DNA from: Octopus sinensis
Lineage: Eukaryota
Length of the DNA stretch: 15,019 nt
Reading direction: 5' to 3'
Assembly (NCBI RefSeq): GCF_006345805.1
Contig: NW_021826132.1
Span: forward strand, 1 to 15,019
Shown here in pieces: positions 10,890 to 15,019 of the stretch. Under the pieces are notes generated by a model. It worked only from the letters and a program-made list of their open reading frames with translations. It did no database searches and was not told where the DNA came from. The number at the start of each line of letters is the position of its first letter. Within the stretch, counting starts at the first letter, position 1. The translations under genes and the position numbers were made by a program.

Positions 10890-10932
10890 CCACTACAATC
10901 GTTTCTTGTCTTGATCGACAATCTTCAGGTGG
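10890..10932 (-). ncRNA. Minimal type I hammerhead ribozyme (PLE pLTR)
   Basis: Minus strand: CCAC-CTGAAGA-TTGTC GATCAA GACAA-GAAAC-GATT-GTA^GTGG. Stem I is CCAC/GTGG and stem II is TTGTC/GACAA. Confidence 0.88.
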
Positions 10933-11251
10933 ACTTTAGTATAGGTATGTGTATAAGTCGTGAGTCTGTGGTTTTACGTGTGTGTATTGTGTGTGTGAAT
11001 GTTTAGGTTAGGGGGTTTACTTTATAGGTTTTGTTATAGAGTTTAGCAAAGGGAGATTTTATCGTTATATGTTTTTAAGAGTTTTGTTTTATCATGGTTT
11101 TTTTAGGGAATTCGTGGTAATTAGTCTATATTTTCGATATGGATTATATATAGGTTATATATGGATTATATACTTATATTTTTTCATTTATACTTTAATT
11201 ATTTAAAAGTATTATTTTTATATTTTATAATTTGATTTTTAGATTGGAAGT

Positions 11252-11293
11252 CCACCTGAAGATTGTCGATCAAGACAAGAAACGATGTAGTGG
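11252..11293 (+). ncRNA. Minimal type I hammerhead ribozyme (PLE pLTR)
   Basis: CCAC-CTGAAGA-TTGTC GATCAA GACAA-GAAAC-GAT-GTA^GTGG, with predicted cleavage after 11289. It is one T shorter in loop III than the inverted copy. Confidence 0.85.
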
Positions 11294-11519
11294 CGGTTTT
11301 TTGACTATTTATTAATTTTATGTATTGATTAAGTCTTTCCTTGTTTGTTTTGCAAAATTGGTTTTGTCTCAAATAATATTTTATATATTTTACTATAAAA
11401 TTGGATTTAATCCTAAATCTGATTTTTTTCCTGTAAATTTGGATATATTCCCTAATTTTATTATTTATATAATATTGATAATTTTGTATATTGAGTGTAA
11501 TACCTCAATTTCGCAAATT

Positions 11520-14011
11520 ATGGATTTAACAGGTAAGATAGAACCGCTGTTTTGGGATTCATCTTTGAAAGATATTCCTATTCCTTCTAGAAAGGAATTT
11601 ATCTTGAAACTTGTTAATAATGTAAAGATTTTATTTCTAGAATTAAATGGAAAGCTTTTTACTATAATTTTTTATTTAATGATATTGATAGTAGGAATGA
11701 TAATTATACCTCTAAATTTAAATCTAGAAAGGAACCTCCATTTAATAAAGAATTACAATTACTTGAAGATAGTATATGGAAGGTGGTAAAAAATATTGAA
11801 TTCCATAAATACCCAAATAGAAATAATGAATATTTAAGGAATTTAGCAATTAAAATTAAAGATATGAGAAATATGATAGTATTATAGTACAATCTGATAA
11901 AACAAGGAACTTATATAAATTAGATGTTAAATTATAATAAAACTATTAGGGAAAGAAATAATTAAAAAATATAAAATTGTTCCAGATGATATTCTATAAT
12001 ATTAATAAGGCCTCTAAAGTAGTAATGGTAAAATATGAGTTGGATAATAAACTGAACCTTATGTACCTTTGCACCCCAGAATTACTCTTAAAGACCATAA
12101 AGATAATTTTTATTCAGACCCTAAAGTTAGATTAATTTGCCCATGTAAATCGGGACCTAGGTAAATTAAGTAAATTTATTTTAGATAAATATATTGATAA
12201 GTTAAATAAACTTAATTATTTAAAATTATGGTTTAGTAATAATAATACATTGAAATGGTTTAATAATATTAAGATAAAAATCGTTATAAATTTATTCAAA
12301 TAGATATAGATAATTATTATTCTTCTATTAATGAAATTGTGTTTATAAAGCGCTTATTTTCGCAATGAATAAAGTGGCATGTCACGGAAGAAGGTAATGT
12401 AATTAAATGGCTAGGAAATCGCTAATTAAATATAAAAATAAATTATGGGCTAGGAATGATACTAGAGATTGTTTTGATATACCTATGGGAGCACCAGATT
12501 CTGCACAGGCTACTTATTTAGTAGGTATTTTTCTTTTATCTGAACTCCAATTAGAAAATCTTAAGATAGAGGGTGGTTTATATAGAGACGATCTTCTACT
12601 AGTTACAAAGAATTGTACTAATAGGAATCTAGAAGTATATAAAAAAAAACTATATAGTTTCTTAAAAGATATGGTTTACGTATTACTATATATAAGGAGA
12701 ATTATAATGTCAATTATTTAGATGTTAATTTTAATCTTATTACAGGTAAAACACAACCATATCATAACTTAATGAGAACCTTAGATATATAAATGTTAAT
12801 AGTAATCACCCATTTTCTATTAAAAATCGTTGATTAATAATATAGTAACGTATTTCATTACTCTCTTATGATATAGAGATTTTTTAATAAACATGCTAAT
12901 TATTATAATGAGGCCCTTAGAGGGGCAGGTTATAATAAGAATATTAAATTTTATAATATTAGCGATAATGATTTAAATGATAATTTTCGAGATACTTCTA
13001 ATAATAATTATAATTTTTGTTACGTTTAGTGGTAAAAATAATATAGATATTATAAAAAAATAATAAAAATGATAAAAATATAAATAAGAATAATAATAAT
13101 AATAATAATATAGTAATAATAATATAAATAAGAATAATATAAATAAAAATAAATTTAATAATTATTATATAATTATATTGATAAATTTAATAATATTAAT
13201 AATTCCTTAAATGCTGTACATAGATATAATTCTGATAATAATTTTAATAAAATAAAGAATTATAAATATATTTATAATAATGATAATAATAATAAGGTTA
13301 ATAAGAATAAAATTTGGTTATAGTTCCTTATGGAGATCAAGTTAAAACGAATATTATTAAAGAGATTTTAGATGTTATAGAACTATTTATTAGAGATAAT
13401 CGTAAATATAGAACATTTTCTCTTTTAATAATTTTGAGTTGGTTACTCTACCACTAATAATGTTGGTAACATTATTTCTTCATTTAATAAATATAAACTG
13501 AATAATTTTTATAAAAAGAAAGATTTGATAATAATATTAATAATGATAAGACTTATATTAATTGTACATGTAGAGATAAATCTAATTGTATATTAAATAA
13601 TATTGTGATATTAACGATGTAGTGTATAATGTATAGTTACATTACATGATAATAACTTTAAGAATAATAATTACACAAAAGCGGTTTATATAGGTTCTAC
13701 TTCCTCAAAAATAAACTAAGAATTGCACAACATATGAATTCTTTTAAAAATAAAAACTTAATCAACTCAACCGGACTTAGTAAGTATATTTGGAGTCTTA
13801 AATCACTAAATATTAATTATAGTTTAATATGGGAAATAATTTGTAAAACTAAATCATATAATATAGGAGCTAATTGTTGTTATTATATGCTCTAATGAGT
13901 TTAAGAAATTTTATTTTATAAGTATGATAATTTACTTAATACTGGGGAGGAGCGCAAATAAAATGTAGACACAAGTTACTTTACTTATATAATAAGTTTC
14001 ATGATAAATAG
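11520..14011 (+). pseudogene. PLE polyprotein (reverse transcriptase + GIY-YIG endonuclease), ~830 codons, frameshifted as assembled
   Basis: Motifs read across frames: MDL..SLKDIPIPS (from ATG 11520); DFISRIKWKAF (~11627); SDKTRNLYK (11893); ITLKDHKDNF..PKVRLICP (12081); FIQIDIDNYYSSI (12291, RT motif A); FDIPMGAPDS; GLYRDD (YRDD 12581-12592); YLDVNFNL (12715); SNHP (12801); YNEALRGAGY (~12904); PYGDQVKTNI (13326); CTCRDKSNC (~13563); VVY (13619) ...YIG (13687); LSKYIWSLK; CRH (13964); TAG 14009-14011. Confidence 0.9.
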
Positions 14012-15019
14012 CAATAATAGTCCCTTTTAGGTTATTTTAGTTTAGTTTAAATTAGTTTAGATGATATATTTTTGGTTATGTTGTCTAGGATTTAATTATA
14101 GTTAGTCTTTTGATATTTCTTTGTTTTAATTAGTTCATTTTTATGTATATTAATTAGCAGTTTATGGTACGTTAAAACTTTAATAATTTATATTAGATTT
14201 TTTTATTTTTTTATTTTTATTTTATTTATTTTATTTTATTATGTATTTTTATTTTGCATTGTTTATGTATTTTGAGGATATATTTATATGTTTTTGGTGT
14301 TATTAGTGGTGTTTTATTGAGTTTTGTATGTATGTGTGAATGTTTAAGATCCCTTTGTTTTTTGTTTTTTATTTGTATGTTGAATGACAGATTTTATTTG
14401 GGTATTGTCTTTTATAATAAAGTACACACCATAACAATTATAAGTGCCCACTTCATTCGTTGTACTTGGGTTTGCATGTGAGCCTCAGCAATGCACCTAA
14501 CGGCCACTCCAGCCCCCATGGATAAATAAACACATACATCCCCTGTGTAAGTGTATCTCCGGTGTATATGTTGAGGCTTATATGTAGAGTTGTTGAAGGG
14601 ACGTCGTTGAAATTGTGAATGAATGGGTAGAGTTGGGAATTGTAACCGTGGTGGACTAGTGTTGCTTGGAATTGTGAATGATTAGGGTGGTAATGAGGTA
14701 GGCATTGAGTATGGGTTACTGTAAGTTGTTTGTTAGAGTTGCTAGGGTGAGCTAAAGCTCATAATGTATATAATTGATTTTTCATGATAGTTTTTTAAAG
14801 AATCCATTCATAATAAATTTTTTTTAAGTAGCGTTGGTTTGCTACGTGGAAATAGTTTTTAGTTCCATTTATTATATTTCTCCATTCATACTATGAATGA
14901 CGTTTACTTTCTATGGCGCGTATTCTTTTTTTACATTAGTTATTTCCAAGGTAACGTAATTTTGTTTGGTTTTTAACGGCTAAGAATCTAATTTCACTTC
15001 ATAATTTGTAACTGAATTG

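Larger units (their letters stand above)
10793..11388. repeat. Inverted pLTR pair: arms 10793-10936 (-) and 11248-11388 (+), 311-bp spacer
   Basis: ATATATAAAATATTATTTGAGACAAAACC...CTTCAGGTGGACTT is the reverse complement of AAGTCCACCTGAAG...GGTTTTGTCTCAAATAATATTTTATATAT, apart from a few small indels. Confidence 0.93.
10793..14011 (+). mobile_element. Penelope-like retroelement with C-terminal GIY-YIG endonuclease (probably Hydra clade): inverted pLTR + pLTR + leader + ORF
   Basis: Inverted HHR-bearing repeats (10793-10936 / 11248-11388) precede an RT-EN ORF carrying PLE motifs. The left end abuts (TA)n. The 3' boundary is not located and may extend beyond 14011. Confidence 0.9.

Noticed and set aside
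482-10939. The ~40 ORFs in the track rich in YI, THTH, CVCV or SIYL repeats, including the 290-aa ORF at 8300-9172 and the 198-aa ORF at 4893-5489
   Set aside because: They are translations of (TA)n, (CA)n and (GATA)n microsatellites, SINEs or AT-rich spacers, with no protein-like content.
11325-11519. N-terminal part of the 154-aa track ORF (TTG start)
   Set aside because: It runs through the pLTR end and leader hairpin. PLE similarity begins only after ATG 11520, and the ORF's C-terminal part is out of frame after ~11624.
11704-11892. 62-aa minus-strand ORF
   Set aside because: It is an antisense shadow of the AT-rich PLE coding region.
11520-14011. Selenocysteine (in-frame TGA) recoding as reported for some Naiad PLEs
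   Set aside because: I saw no in-frame TGA at conserved Cys positions, and the domain order (RT then EN) is not Naiad-like.
14770-15019. Possible coding fragment on the minus strand
   Set aside because: There are stops in all frames and no recognisable motif.
1-15019. CRISPR array, telomeric repeats, functional tRNA genes
   Set aside because: There is no repeat-spacer structure and no (TTAGGG)n array. The A/B-box segments continue into SINE bodies rather than forming full cloverleaves.

Overview
AT-rich, microsatellite-saturated eukaryotic DNA with no recognisable host exon. The SINE families resemble those I recall from Octopus (cephalopod) genomes; this is an inference. The main content is Penelope-like retroelement (PLE) material. 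(1) A near full-length PLE at ~10793-14011 has an inverted terminal (pLTR) pair, each arm carrying a minimal type I hammerhead ribozyme (HHR). Its frameshifted ~830-codon RT + C-terminal GIY-YIG ORF has CxC and CRH motifs and is probably Hydra-clade. (2) A ~930-bp non-coding palindrome (782-1715) carries an HHR with an unusually long stem II on each arm. (3) A short fold-back remnant (325-600) is homologous to the pLTR end and leader of the PLE. All three structures abut (TA)n, and all four HHRs share a self-complementary GAAACGAT(T)GTA segment. Also present are three tRNA-derived SINEs plus SINE fragments, a ~1.47-kb tandem duplication (3317-6210) and many simple repeats. Many single-base indels suggest an imperfectly polished long-read assembly. 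Nearly all ORFs in the supplied track are microsatellite artefacts.
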